A stretch of DNA of 64,000 bases from Ptychomitrium polyphyllum. Taxonomy: Eukaryota. The translations under genes were made by a program, and so were the position numbers. This document shows positions 37,264-50,214 of this stretch, one piece after another (within the stretch, counting starts at the first letter, position 1; every line of letters starts with the position of its first letter). Under the pieces are notes generated by a model, which searched no databases, had not been told where the DNA came from, and worked only from the letters and a program-made list of their open reading frames with translations. The stretch lies in the NCBI GenBank assembly GCA_973851085.1, contig OZ316776.1:10540001-10604000 (forward strand). Reading direction: 5' to 3'.

Positions 37264-39854
37264 GTGCACGTTCTACGAAGTAGCTTTAAGGCATGTCTGA
37301 AGTCAGCTCAAATCTCTTAACAGCATTGAATCTTTTTATGGAAACATTCATGGTCCGATCATGTGCTGGTTTGTCAGATGCATGGAGATGGTAGGACGAG
37401 ACGAATTAGTTGGATATCAACATTGGACTGGTGATTCTGCCGGTTACGCTATTACCACCTTCCATGCTCTGATCTTGGGAAGAATTTGAAACGGTTTGGC
37501 TATCAAAATCCAGATATTCGATCCAGATCTGCACTAGAATTTAGCCTCGTGGTCATTCAAGAGTACGCAAATGTGGTTGCATTGTGGTATTTGTTTGGAG
37601 ATGTTCTGACAGACTACTGAAATGGTCTCTGAAAGAAGGGTAGATTATCAGACTCAGAAAGCCCAGATACTTGGTCTGAGTCTACTTTTTTGTTACACAT
37701 TTGCAAAGGACTCCAAGATGTATTCCGAACTTGGAGAATGTGCTATCTGTATGTTGCGATATGCTTAAATAGATGTGATTTGTGAGATGGCATGCGCTGA
37801 AAATTTTGTTTAGGCTCAAGAGTTCCGTGATTTCTGCTATGGGTTGGGTAGGATGAGTGCTCCATTTTCAGTCTGCCGCTGGTCTGTGAATGCTCTTTTA
37901 AGTCTCTTTTCTTCTTGCTGCTGCCAAAATGGCCAGATCATTATGGGTTGACTTTGGAATTACGGCTTATCATTTACCCTTAGTTCTTAGGGAGCTTCTT
38001 GTTTCCCTCTTGAGGTTGGAGTATCTGAGTAACATTCTTGTCCTTTGCAATTTGCCTTTTGAAGTGCAAATGGGTCACATACCACTTGCGTTTTTGGTTA
38101 GATGGATTTACAATCACTACTAAGCTAGAGTCTAAAAGAGATAATGTCCTAGCATTACTTCTGATTGAAAAAGTAATATTTTTTACCTTTAATTATAACA
38201 AAACATTGTTTGAATTTTGCATCATTGTATCATTGAAGTTTCTAAAATGCAAAGTGCTTTAAAAATTGCCAAATAATTTGCATAGTTCTTTGATTCTAAT
38301 TTTGCCTTAAAATTTCTTCTACATTAGAATTTTTTTGTTAATTAATATGAAAAGTCTTATACTTTAATTAAAATAAAATACCTGATAATACAACATTCTA
38401 TAATATGATGACCTCAACTTTACAACATGTTTTATATAATTAAATTTTTGATTAATTTTTTTTTACAAGGCATTTTAAATATCCAATAATATAATATTTA
38501 AAAAAATTCTTATTTTGTCATTTTATAAACATTAAGTGAATATATTTCATCTAATGGTATGAAACTTTGAAGAAGAAAATCCATATTTTGATCATGTATA
38601 ATTAATATCCATGTTAAAATTTGTAAGAACTTAAGAAAAATTAGTGGAAAATCTTTATATTTAACGCTACAACACCTTAATAATGCAATACTTTTAATGT
38701 TTTCCAAAAATATAACGTAAAAGAAAAGAAAAAATTAATTTTTTTCTTATAATACATTAATTTTTTGTAGAAAGGAAATTAACTTTTTTTGGAAATTAAT
38801 ACTCAAATGTAGGTAATATTATAATTAACTTGCCAAAAAAACTTACAATCAACAAATTAAATAAACAAGCATATTTTTGGCCTAATTGATGACTCAAGGC
38901 CCTTTATTATAATTCATTTTATTAACAATCTTCAACTAGACTTATATAAGTCTTTCAAGTAAAGAGTAAATAAAGTATAAATTTATAAACATTGGTTCAT
39001 CATATTGCACCAAAATTTAACTCATACATAGACCAAGATAAGTAGCCTATCTTCACCGGTATAAGACATATAATGCTAAGGTTTAAAAGCCACAACAAGT
39101 TGAATTATAATTTTTCTACCAAATTGAATTAGTGATGATATTTTTAGGAATGTTTAAAATAAAAACCATAAAACACCATTAGGCCAACCAATTAACCATC
39201 CAAATAACAACCAACAACCACCACTTCATACATGCACAATCACCTAATATTCATTAAAAACCTAGCATGGAGCAAGTCCACATTCACTTCATGGTTTGCT
39301 TCAAAAAATAAATGTTTAATTTACCTTTCTCTTCATAACCACCATTCCATGAATCCATTTGCACCCTATTCTAGCCCCATTATTACCACTCTCTCATCTG
39401 TTTCTCCCTATTTTTTGGTAACCAAATTTTTCATAGCTCGAGAACATAAAAGGTGGTGATGGGCTTGCTTACCTTACCAATTTTCTTACTAAGAAGCACT
39501 TCAAAGTGCTATGAAGCGCTTCAAAGTCCCATTCACAGATGAATATTTATCAGAAGATGAATTCCAATTATTATTTCAGGTGATATTTAATAAAATAGAC
39601 GTGTTTTTTAAGAACTCCGTTGATTGGGTGCAAAATGTGTACTATTTCAGCTATTATTTTCTGAATGTTTGTTACTAGAAAAGAATGTCTCAAGAACAGT
39701 TTCACGAGAGTGCACAAGACTGCGGAATGCAAAAGACTGCTCATTAGTTACTCTACCCTCATTGATTGGACCTGACTATATGTAACAAGTCACAACAACA
39801 ATATGTAAAGATTGTGAGGAGGGTTGCAATGGCTAAGGAGCACTATCTTTGAGC

Positions 39855-42182
39855 TTATAGTAGTGAGGTGCGATCCCCACCAACCAATCTGGCTTGATCT
39901 CGATCACCTGGCACATGTACTCCTTGGATGTCATCACAAGGATACTGCACAACCCGTCTAGGTAAAACCTGAGAGAAGCCTGAACCTGGGTGTGCGCCCT
40001 CCAACTGAATTCTTTTCTGTGCAGTAGGATTCTTCTGGAGCTTTACTGTGTGACAAAACAACCCAGAGGTGATGGCCTTTCTTATATTATCAAGTTCAGT
40101 AGGATTGAAACTGGGCTTAAAGTCCACCCCCTCCAGCAAAGCTTCCAGTTGCTCCGCACCTGGACGTAATTTTCGTAATAATTCGTTTTCCTCCAGGATT
40201 CATAAACCTTCATGAGATCAATGTGATCAACATTCCCTACATGAAAATTCATATGTGCATTATCAGCATGCACTCGCTTGTCTTTAAAGCGGTAAGAAGA
40301 TGGGGATTCCAGTCGACAGCGTGGCACAAATGGTGACAATCTCCTCTGAGCATTAGAAGTTCTCAGAAGTATCCAACATCTTGGAGAGCATGTGGTCCAT
40401 CGAAAAATTTGACATTCGCCTGCTCACCTTTGTCAATTCTTCACTGTCATTCAGAGCGCCCCACAAGGCATACAACTGTCCTAAAGCCCTCAAAAGAGTT
40501 TCTGTCGGAGGTGGATCCATGAAGTCGAAGTGGACAAGATTGTTGATGTCAAGACTCTTCAACAAGATTACCGTACTTTCCAGGTTTATCCTGTAAGTGT
40601 CAGGGATCGTGTTCTCATGCATCTCATTTCAGAACGACCATACAATGTAAAGCCGATAACATTTCCCAGGGGAATCACGCCTAGCCAACCAGCACGTTGT
40701 AGCGTTACTGGCTGAGATATTGGCGTGACAACCGTCGATTCCATACGGTCCGAGGTCTACAACTTTTGTGTTTACAAAAAACTGGATCAATCACGTACTT
40801 AATGCCATCAATAATTAGTGATGTTCCTGCAATTTTGGTAGCCAAAACAGCCTTCCGAGCCCCCTCAGATGTCTCCTCAAAGAACTTTGCTTGCAGGTCA
40901 AGTGGAAAATTCGCATAGATAAGACATGTAATCAATTCTGCTATTTTCGAGCCAAGACCTCGTGCTCGTAGTTTCAAAAGCTCCTCCGCTGTTTCGGTTT
41001 CCTCTTGCCTAGTGAAGTATACAAAAACATCCCCCGGAACTTGCAGCAAACTATAGTTGCAAGCAAGCTGTCACTATAGCTGCCTCTATGTGATCAGCAA
41101 CTTGACATCTGGCCGAAATCTTGTGATGTCCTTCATTATACCAAGCAGAATGTCAGTGGTTAGTGTCCGCTCGTCTGCCTTATCGATCATCACAACTGTA
41201 GCTGGCAAGACTCGGTTCACTTATAACTGCCGAAGAAGCATCCCATCAGTCATGTGTTTTATTTCTGTCCTATCTGAAGCGCAATCTCCAAATCGTTTCA
41301 AGTATCCAACCTCATGGCCAAGTTTGACGCCCGTTTCTGCAGCAACTCGTGCAGCAACACTCATAGCTGCCACTCTTCGAGGTTGTGTGCAATCGGTATT
41401 TCCATGCTTGTCATATCGTGCTTCATGTAGATATTGTGGAATTTGTGCAGTCTTTCCAGAGCCAGTCGCTCCTTCTATTACAAGAATCTGATGCTCATTA
41501 ATCGCATCCAAGAGTTTCTCTCGGGTAACCGTACATGGGCAAAGACATTCGGTCCTCCAAGGGCCTCTTATGTGCATTTGTTGCACTTGATAATCTAGCT
41601 TACTTATTTGCTTCTGCGCCGGCCTCATCAACCTCATATGCAGCTCCAGTAGCAGCCTGAATAAAATCGATTTGATCTTTGAAGATGTACGCATAATCTC
41701 CATGATTTCTCTTTTCACCTGCTCCATATTTCAACGTGGTTCTGCCTACTTGATGTTCCCCCAAGGCTTCTTGCTCGACACTCTTTGGTCGCCCCTCACC
41801 CTCAACGTTACTGAAGTGTACCAGAGCAATAGCAAATCTTTTGCCTTGCGTAATTCTATCTGCTTTATCATACGCTTCAGGCATGTGATACCCAGCATTT
41901 TCGTTCACATCTTTTGCAAATCGTTTTGCTAGCTCATTTACTTCCTACTTGTACTTATATTCTACCTTCTCTTTCGCTGTCAAGTTCATTCCTTGAAAGA
42001 GAAACTCTTCATCAATCAACTCATTCTGCCGCTTTCTGTCGCTTCGTTCTCAGTTATCTTAGTGCAGCGCGTCTGCTCCGGCCCTTTCTCATGACGACTT
42101 CCTTGCCTTCGTTCACATCCTCGTCGATCTTTCTACAAAGATGTTTCTTATGTTTCTTCTGCTCTCCTTTTTTTTCACTGTC
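39855..42182 (-). pseudogene. Pre-mRNA splicing DEAH-box RNA helicase (Prp2/DHX16 type) pseudogene, no introns seen across the helicase core
   Basis: [44 protein letters not shown] mutated to DKAD, LATKIAGTSLIIDGIKYVIDP, FDFMDPPP; many frameshifts, stops and internal deletions. Confidence 0.92.
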
Positions 42183-43987
42183 TGCAAGAAACGACTACAT
42201 ATTCACAGCAAAATAGGAGCCTGTACTTACAAGTCAAGTATTTCAATTAAGACGCTAAACCCTGACTTGTGCGCTACGTATCTTACACATAACTGCAGTA
42301 GCAAGCTAACGAAATCATGGAGTGATCAACTAGACACCAAATTATGTATTCCCAATCTCCCTGTCAAAGTAAAAAAACAAAGTGAAACACATAAACACCA
42401 CCATGACAAAGAACATATCCCCTATCTACACTAGCAATAATAACCAAAAATCCGTTCATACGGCATTGAATGCGACACGATCAACAACACTCCTGTAATC
42501 TGTAATCTGTAATCTGCACTCTACCTCATCTGCAATCTGCAACAATTCTCGAGAACAACTTCACTAGTCCTAGAAGAGAAGCACAAGTCATCTCCAAAAC
42601 CTCCAACTATGCTTATCCTTCTTATCCCTTTCCTTGGCCACAGTAGTATGTTCATCCACCACAGTATCAGATTCTTCAGTTTCACATAACTCCTTGCGAT
42701 GAACTGTCCCAATAATACATATGCAATCAGCTTCCTTGACACTGATGCGCTCATTAGCACGACAGTTGACAGAATTGACAAAAAGCTTCTTCTCAGGATC
42801 GTTGCTGTCTTTCAACACAAACTCTTGTTAAGTCCAGGCCATACACAGCCGCAAGATGTACTCCCACAACCTCTTACACTGGCTATTCTCACGACATAAT
42901 TTTGGTTCCCCACTTTCGTGGTAAGCTCCTGCTCTGTTTCGTTGGAGTATCACGGTTATCACCTTGGTCGCCATCAAGACACAATACTAAAATGCACCTG
43001 AGAAGCCTCTCGAAGTATAAATGCACGCTAAACAGCCTCAGAGGAGCAGAGTAAGGAAATCAAAGAAGTTGTGGCAATCAAAGTGAACCTAGTTAAAGCC
43101 GGTGGAGGTTACAAATATTTAAACCAGGTAGAATTTAAATAACAGATAGTGATGGCTGTACCTTGTGAACCACTTAGTGTCAAAGGTCTACCTCCAATAC
43201 GATTGGAAGAAACAAGAAATCAATTACGCAAAACTGCAGTTAATTTGCACTGTTTACAAACTGCACAGAAGGACAAAGAGGAATTGTGTCTGATGCCCAG
43301 TATAAATACGTTGAGAAGTCGGTGTGAGCACACTACATTTGCAGGGTATTAGGTCAATTTGAGGTTTGCGTGCAACGCAACCTGAGATGTTGTCGGTGCT
43401 GGATTAGCAATGCAGACATGTCGAATTGAAGAAACAAGTATTTAGCTCATGAGCATACTCAAAACTTTCTGACTTGAGGACCCATGAAAGGAAATGTGAA
43501 ATATAAGAGATTTCAAAAAAGTATGTATTGGAAAACAAGCCTCTAATCGTGGAAGATAATGCTTGTACAGACATGCAACTTTGGAAGACAAGCATCTACT
43601 GTGACACAAGGACTCTCTGGAACGCTTCACCAATTTAAAATTTGACGAACCAGACTTCATTATCAATTATCAATACTAAACACTTGTAAAAGCGACATTC
43701 TATACAACAGAGGTTTCTGCATAGCGGCATGCTTACCCATGCTCGAAAAGGACATGAACCTCCAAACACCTTCTGAAACGACCTATTCACAATAACTTCA
43801 AGATCTAAAGCACAGGCCATATCTGATTCTGCATTTTCATTTCAACTGTCTACATGAACCGTTAACTTCAAAATTCCCTAGAAGATAGAGCTCATATTGG
43901 AGGAACGTTCCTGCAGGTTCACACTTTCAAGACCATAGAGAAGAATCAAATCTAAGTAGTTCTTTGAAAGGGTATAAAGCGAAAGGG

Positions 43988-45494
43988 TCAGGAATTTTCG
44001 TTTGCTTGCTCCTCATCCCGCTCTTCTGCCATTCTCTCCTGAATTTCCAACTTGTCTACAAACCGATCCAACACATCCTCTGTTGGTATAACACACTCTG
44101 TGGATTGCCCATACCATTGATAGCGCCGATTGGCTATGTAGTCGTACACAACATCTCGAATTGGTGTGGGGATGTTCATGAAAATCGACACAGCGGAATA
44201 TGGCAACGGTAGATATGATGCCACTTTGAGAGCCGCTGTCAGCATTTCGATAACGATGTCAATTTACCTCCTGTAGAAGCTGCCAGGGAATGGACGTTTA
44301 CATATGACTGAATGACAACCTAAATATAAAATTAAAGAAATAAATGCTGTTAAGTTATGCACATGAAGCTCACCGGTGGAAGCTTGATGATATGAACCTG
44401 GTCCCTCGATGAAAACGAAACGCCTCAAAACATCCTCTCGAGTAACACCACATAGCAGCAAGTAAGGCTCAGCTGCTCGTGACTGCAACGCACAAAACGA
44501 GATTGCTTTCTTCTTGTCCACCTTTATGATCCAATTCACACCTACGCGAGCAACACTGTCTTCAGCAAGCCGAAAAGCAACTCGACGCTAGCGTTTCCAT
44601 AAAGCTTAAATTTAAGATTGAAAGAACAATACAATATAAAAAAAGAGCTGTACCAGCATTGCAGAGATGGCAAACGCCATCGTAAATAACAACACATGGT
44701 TTCAGGTTCAAAGCATTTTGTGTTGATGCAAAAGTCTGCAATTCTCGTCGTCCGCTCAACGTCTTCGACACTTGATCGTGTCCCGGAATGCGAACTGCTA
44801 GATCAGCCCTTGAAGAATTGAACAGGTCTTTGTTCGCAGAACTATTCTTCACGAGCATTGCAGGCAACACCTGCATCCTGTCTACGGCATGCAAACAAAT
44901 AGCAAAGAATTAGGCCATTGATAATAGTCGTGCATGTGCAAATCCCAGATGGCTTCCCTAATCACGAGCAAGGTAAAGGTGATCGTCCAAGGTGATGCAC
45001 GATTGAGCTCCTGATAGAACCATGCTCATCCTGGAGATTAAAAAGGGACATTCAAGACCTAAATGACGAAAGTAAGGTCGTCATTCGACTTTGGAACGAA
45101 TCCATACGCGTGGAACCCTAGTTCCACTCAGATTTCAGCATACCAGGCTAGAATTACTGTGCTATTTGGTATTGCGTGCAGGTCTCAAAAATTCAGCACA
45201 CAGTAGCCAGCGCTCATATTTAAGACCGGCTCCTACTCCAGTTTCAATTTCAGACTATACAAATTCCATCAGAAGAGGCTCCTCACAACCAAAGAACCAC
45301 AACCCTCTAATTCCTCACTGTACCTCAATTGGCCACGCGAGCAGAGAGGAGAATGAGAAACCTGAGAGTGAGGCACCGATTGGCGAGCAATCAGCCCGAG
45401 ACCCAAGGTGACGGCCGCTGCACTTGATCGTATTGCCCGTCGTCCACCATAGCCATCGTCTGGCCAGTACTGATGACACAACCTGCTGCTTCAT
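43988..45494 (-). CDS. DCC-family (DUF393) thiol-disulfide oxidoreductase; exons 45494-45362 (tentative), 44881-44654, 44541-44374, 44235-43988
   Basis: DxxCxxC motif YDGVCHLCNAG, FCALQS, IRDVVYDYIANRRYQWYG; GT-AG junctions in frame; first exon gives a basic transit-peptide-like N-terminus. Confidence 0.88.
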
Positions 45495-46720
45495 CACAAC
45501 TTCGCAACTCACAGACTACAGATTGCTCACATCGATCTCAACTCCTTTCACCTACGACGACACCATGCTCCGCAAGATCATCGTCCGGTACCACACTCAT
45601 CGCCCAAACCTTCCTGCACAATTGCCCACTGAGCCTGCCTGCACATGATCCTTTCAGTGCCCATACATTCAACACGAGGCTCAAATGCTCAATCAACCAT
45701 CCGCTCCGAGATGATCCCTCTCGAAATTCTCTTACGACACAGGAATCCCAGAGATGAATATCTCCTTAAATACTTAGGGTCTAGGTGCCTGAAACCCTCA
45801 ACCCCTCCTGTAAGTGTAGGCATGATGGCCCCATCGTTATCCGTCGATACGAGATCCGACGGCGACAGCTAGGGGGACTGTGTAACTGCCAGAACTCCTA
45901 CTCTCGACGATGAAGGATGCAGCTTGCCAGGTTTAAGGAGCAGGCTCGGGGATGAGCAAATCTTGTTTTGGTAGAACAAGAATGAGAGTGGCTCTTCTGT
46001 CACTCTGAAACTTCAATTGGAGTCGTTTTTGAAGCTCTACCTACAGAGTCATCGTTGCTCGCATGTAGCGGAATGTCTTGTGCTGGATGCTGTAATGACA
46101 GGTTAAAGTTTCCGTTGTAACATGTTTTAGAGCGGTGTGAGGTGTGAAGATTCCAGCAACTTCCTATCCACCGGTGCTTGGATTGCGGCTGCGAATTCAG
46201 CAATGACCTCGAGATTCGATACTCTTGGAGTAAGTTGCTATGCATCCGATGTATCTATCATATTTGATGACACAAGTGCTGTGTAGGGTATCATTTACAG
46301 CATTGAATGCAAGCATTGGTGAGCACCTATTTCCGGTAAGTTCATCGTGTTCTACTGAGGAGTGGCGAAACTTGAGACGAGATTGAGATACATTAGGATT
46401 GGATTACATGTGTGCAGCATTCATCATAGTTGATGAATTATCTGCTTAAGTTTGTGATGTGCCCGGAAATAACCCTTTGAAGTGGAATTTGTAGTAACAG
46501 CTGGTGCTCATGAGCTCTCATGGCATTATTCCAGCTGTAGGGTTAGTGGCCACTGGCCGCATTATGTTCTTTCAAAGGATGAATTGAATTGGACGCACCG
46601 ATTTGAGGGCATCGCCTTGACGCCTCCCACCTGTTTAGAGTGCTTATTTTCAATTGCAGGTTTTCGATTGCTGGGTAGGGGCTTGGTTAGAGATCTGAAC
46701 TTTTACTGTGATTTTCCCAG

Positions 46721-47661
46721 GGTGATGAGGACGCGGTCCGAGAAGAGCTGAAGGACAAGATTCTGGAGCTTCTACAAAAGAGGGCACAATCTTCCACCAT
46801 TTGCCCTTCGGAAGCACGTATGCTTGCTTCTCTTCGTTCTCATTTCTTAGGGTTTTGCATTGAGTTTTTCTTCCTGGTTCTGTAGGGTAATCTTCCTTTT
46901 GTGGTAGCGAATTTCGAAGTATCCGTGCAGAGTGATTTGTAAGATGTTTCGCCACCAGCTTCGGGTTGCTGGTTTGGGTGAGTTCGTTTCATGTCTGTTT
47001 AAGAGCGTTGTGGGTTGCGCTTTTTGACAAAAGCATTTTGAATGGGGACGTGCAGCCAGGGCACTGCATCCTGAGACATGGAGGGACGCGATGGATGTCA
47101 CGAGGGAGGTACCATTGCAAGTCGCTTTCGAGTCGTTGTTGACAATGCGTACGATGGCCTGAAAGTTAACGCTGGATCCATGAGTTGGAAGCATTTGGTG
47201 TCATCTCTACATAGTACGAGCAGCTGTATAATCGCAAGTAGATCATGGTCTATTTTCTGTACTAAGTGTGGACTTTGTACTCCATAGGTAGCACGTCAGC
47301 TGGCATTGGATGGTCGCATCGAGATCACACAGGTAAGCCAAATGACTTCAAAGTTAATTTGCTTTGTCTAGATCCTAGTTTTCTAAAGTTTTGAAAGCAG
47401 CAGATGCATGTCATAAATGAAAACGTTAGTATTAATGATATTGAAATGTCGCATAAAGCTCTGCTTGAATTAAGACGCAAATTCTGCATCCTACCTGCCT
47501 GTTTGGAGTTGACATGGAATTGGGTATGTGATGCGAAAATGCTTCTATGATCTCAGAAAGGAAGGAGAGTGGATCCTGAAGTTCCACTACGAGGACCCAT
47601 AAGATTGCGGTTGGCAAGCGGCAAGCCACCGTCTACGTCAGGGCCACCAAATTCGAATTAA
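46721..47661 (+). CDS. DUF3253-like small winged-helix protein, 5' end unresolved; exons 46721-46817, 47056-47108, 47288-47332, 47557-47661
   Basis: Spliced product GDEDAVREELKDKILELLQKRAQSSTICPSEAPRALHPETWRDAMDVTREVARQLALDGRIEITQKGRRVDPEVPLRGPIRLRLASG...; TICPSE, ITQKG and GPIRLR are the family motifs; all introns are GT-AG with consistent phases. Confidence 0.82.
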
Positions 47662-50214
47662 CGCTATATTGCAGATATACCTATCAACAATGTTGCCGAA
47701 TAGGGGGGAGATAAAAAACTTCTGACCGGCACCGTCAGCAGCATAAACATTGAAGTGCTTGGTAAACATGTTTGACATCATAGCTTCTTCGTCGCTTACG
47801 AGTAGAGAGTTGGGGGAAATTTTTACTTTCGCATTGTACCAAGACCACGTGTGACGTACATTCTTGCCAACTACAAGTACTAAGTAGCTGTAATAATCAC
47901 TTATTTGTGGGGTTTGCCTAGATATACCTCTCTTTTTGCCCACAGGTTCTCGGCCCGGCAAACTGAAGAGTTTCTATCTGTATAGGCTTTCCGTATGATA
48001 TTTCTCTCGAGAATCTGTAATGGATCGCTTCCAAGTTAATACAGTTCTCATTTTTCTTGCTTCCCTTAAAAAAGGCTCATAAAAATCACTTCGTCCTTCT
48101 CAGTCACACTTGACTTGGATTACTTCGACTCCAGAGCAACAATACGGACAAACATCCCAAATTTCAAAGGCACTATGGGGTCCAGTCCTGCCAGTGCAGT
48201 TCTGTCAACGTGATGCCGACTCTAGACTGGATTGTATGGGTAAGCTAACAACAGTAATCACGAGTTCAGATTTTATGATCACTCGTCGAAGAGTTAAGAA
48301 TTCTCAATATTGAATGTAGCACTGCTTTAGCAATATTATAAATTCTCAAGGTTTCACAAGGACGTCACGTGTGTCATCAGCACCATCTGTACTAGTCTTT
48401 ATCGTACTGACAATGCGTGTTGATCTCTTATAAGTTAACGGAAGTCGTTTTGTTGACGCGAGCAATGGCTCAAGCGCACGGGTTGTGTGCACCAGAATCC
48501 AAGTGCTAGGGTTTAGCCAAACCTTGGGTTGGATAAAAGTAGAATATGGCAGCGATCTGGGTTGAAGGGCGCTGGGCCCCGCACTCTTAAATTTTGCATG
48601 CGGTGGTACCCGAGATGTGCGGGGCAAACGTGTAGCATCTTGTTGCTGTTCAAGAGGTGTTTCGATATTTTAGGAGATCATTAGGGCGCCAAATGAAATT
48701 TCGGAATGACTCGTAGGGAGCCTGCAGTGCAGTGAGCCTAGCCTGGGAATCTACTGCCTTCAAGGACAGAAATAGGGTGTGACATGCGAGGAAGCAGCTT
48801 GGGCTGCCTGATGTTTCGGAGCTTTCGCTAGAATTTCAACTGTGGAAATCCATCTCTGGAATCACATTCAGTGGAGAGGTCCCTGTCAGAGAAACTAAAA
48901 ACTAACATCTTGTTGGAAAAATGTTTGGGCAACTGGGACTCGGGCTGTGAGTGTCACGCGTCCGGCTTGCTGATATGGCTGCGTGAAGAGCTTGCATGCT
49001 CTGCCACCCTGACGCTCCTGGATCTGCAGTTGGCCTTTGTATTGGGTGGTTGCTCCAGGCCTCGTGTTGTTGAAGGTACTCTAGTTCCTGTGGTTTCCCT
49101 TGTTCATCCTCAGGAACTCCGCTATTGTGAGGACGTGACCCAGTGTTGAAGTTGAAGTTGAAGTTTGAGTGGAGTCGCTGTTTTCGTCGAACGTGATGTC
49201 AGCCACATTTTGAAGTGACGCTGCAAGACTCTGGCTGTGGTGATTTTTGGCACATCTGAGTTATTAGAGCCTCAAGGTGGTGAAGGTGATGCAACCCTAG
49301 ATCCGCCCATGTACAATGCGAGCCTTCTTGCAGAGGATCCGCCGTCGTGCAATATGGGATCTGATCTTCTGTGATTAGGGTTAGGGAGACCTGGAGGCGC
49401 CGCACATTGTAGCAATCGGGTGTCGCTTAGATTGAACCTCCCTGGGCGTTCTTGGGACGTAGAAATCGTTAGTGTTTGTAGTGGATTATGAGGGTGAGTG
49501 TTTCACCTGGTAAGCGGCGCCACAGCTGCTACAGTTGCTTACTGTACCTGCCTATCGCCATCTCTCGCCGCTTCTGCTTCACCAGGTGAGCTAGGACTGC
49601 GTTCGGTTGCTACACAACTCCTTTATTGGTCCATGTTTTTGAAGTAGAATTTGTGTTCCAGACTTTGCGTTAAATTTATGAACTTATGCAACAGTGCAAT
49701 CATGTTATATTATCAATGTTGCAAAAGCAAAGTGAGTGAAACTTTTTTGTGGGGAACGTATCTATTAGGGTTTAGTAGTCATTGTATGAGCACGTATCTA
49801 TGTGGACAAAATTAATTCAGAGCCTGCATAGACCCTGTTTGGGTAGCTTGATTTTGACTTTTCTCGGAATCTGCACATATTGATTCTTAGTTTACTCTTG
49901 ATATATGCCGGGACTCGATTGTGAACCATGTCGTTAATTCTTCAAAGTGTGTTATTGTTTTAGCAGGTTTTCTGCTTGACTTGTTCTCATAAAGGCTTAC
50001 ACTGTCTACTACTTGAGTCGACCATGGTACTACTTTGACGATATTATACAAGTCGTCAGCAATTCATTATGGTACATAATTCTGTCCAGACTACTAAACA
50101 ATCTGGCCTTCTGTTCTATTAAACCCTTGGTTGCTCAAATGCTTGATTTGACGACCATAAATAACTCCACGTTTTCATGCGGATGGCGGTAAGCTAAAGC
50201 AATTTCAATGATGA

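Noticed and set aside
39492..39527. Short hairpin and palindrome (AGCACTTCAAAGTGCT; TGAAGCGCTTCA) as a possible Helitron end
   Set aside because: No CTRR terminus at the expected distance and no other Helitron features.
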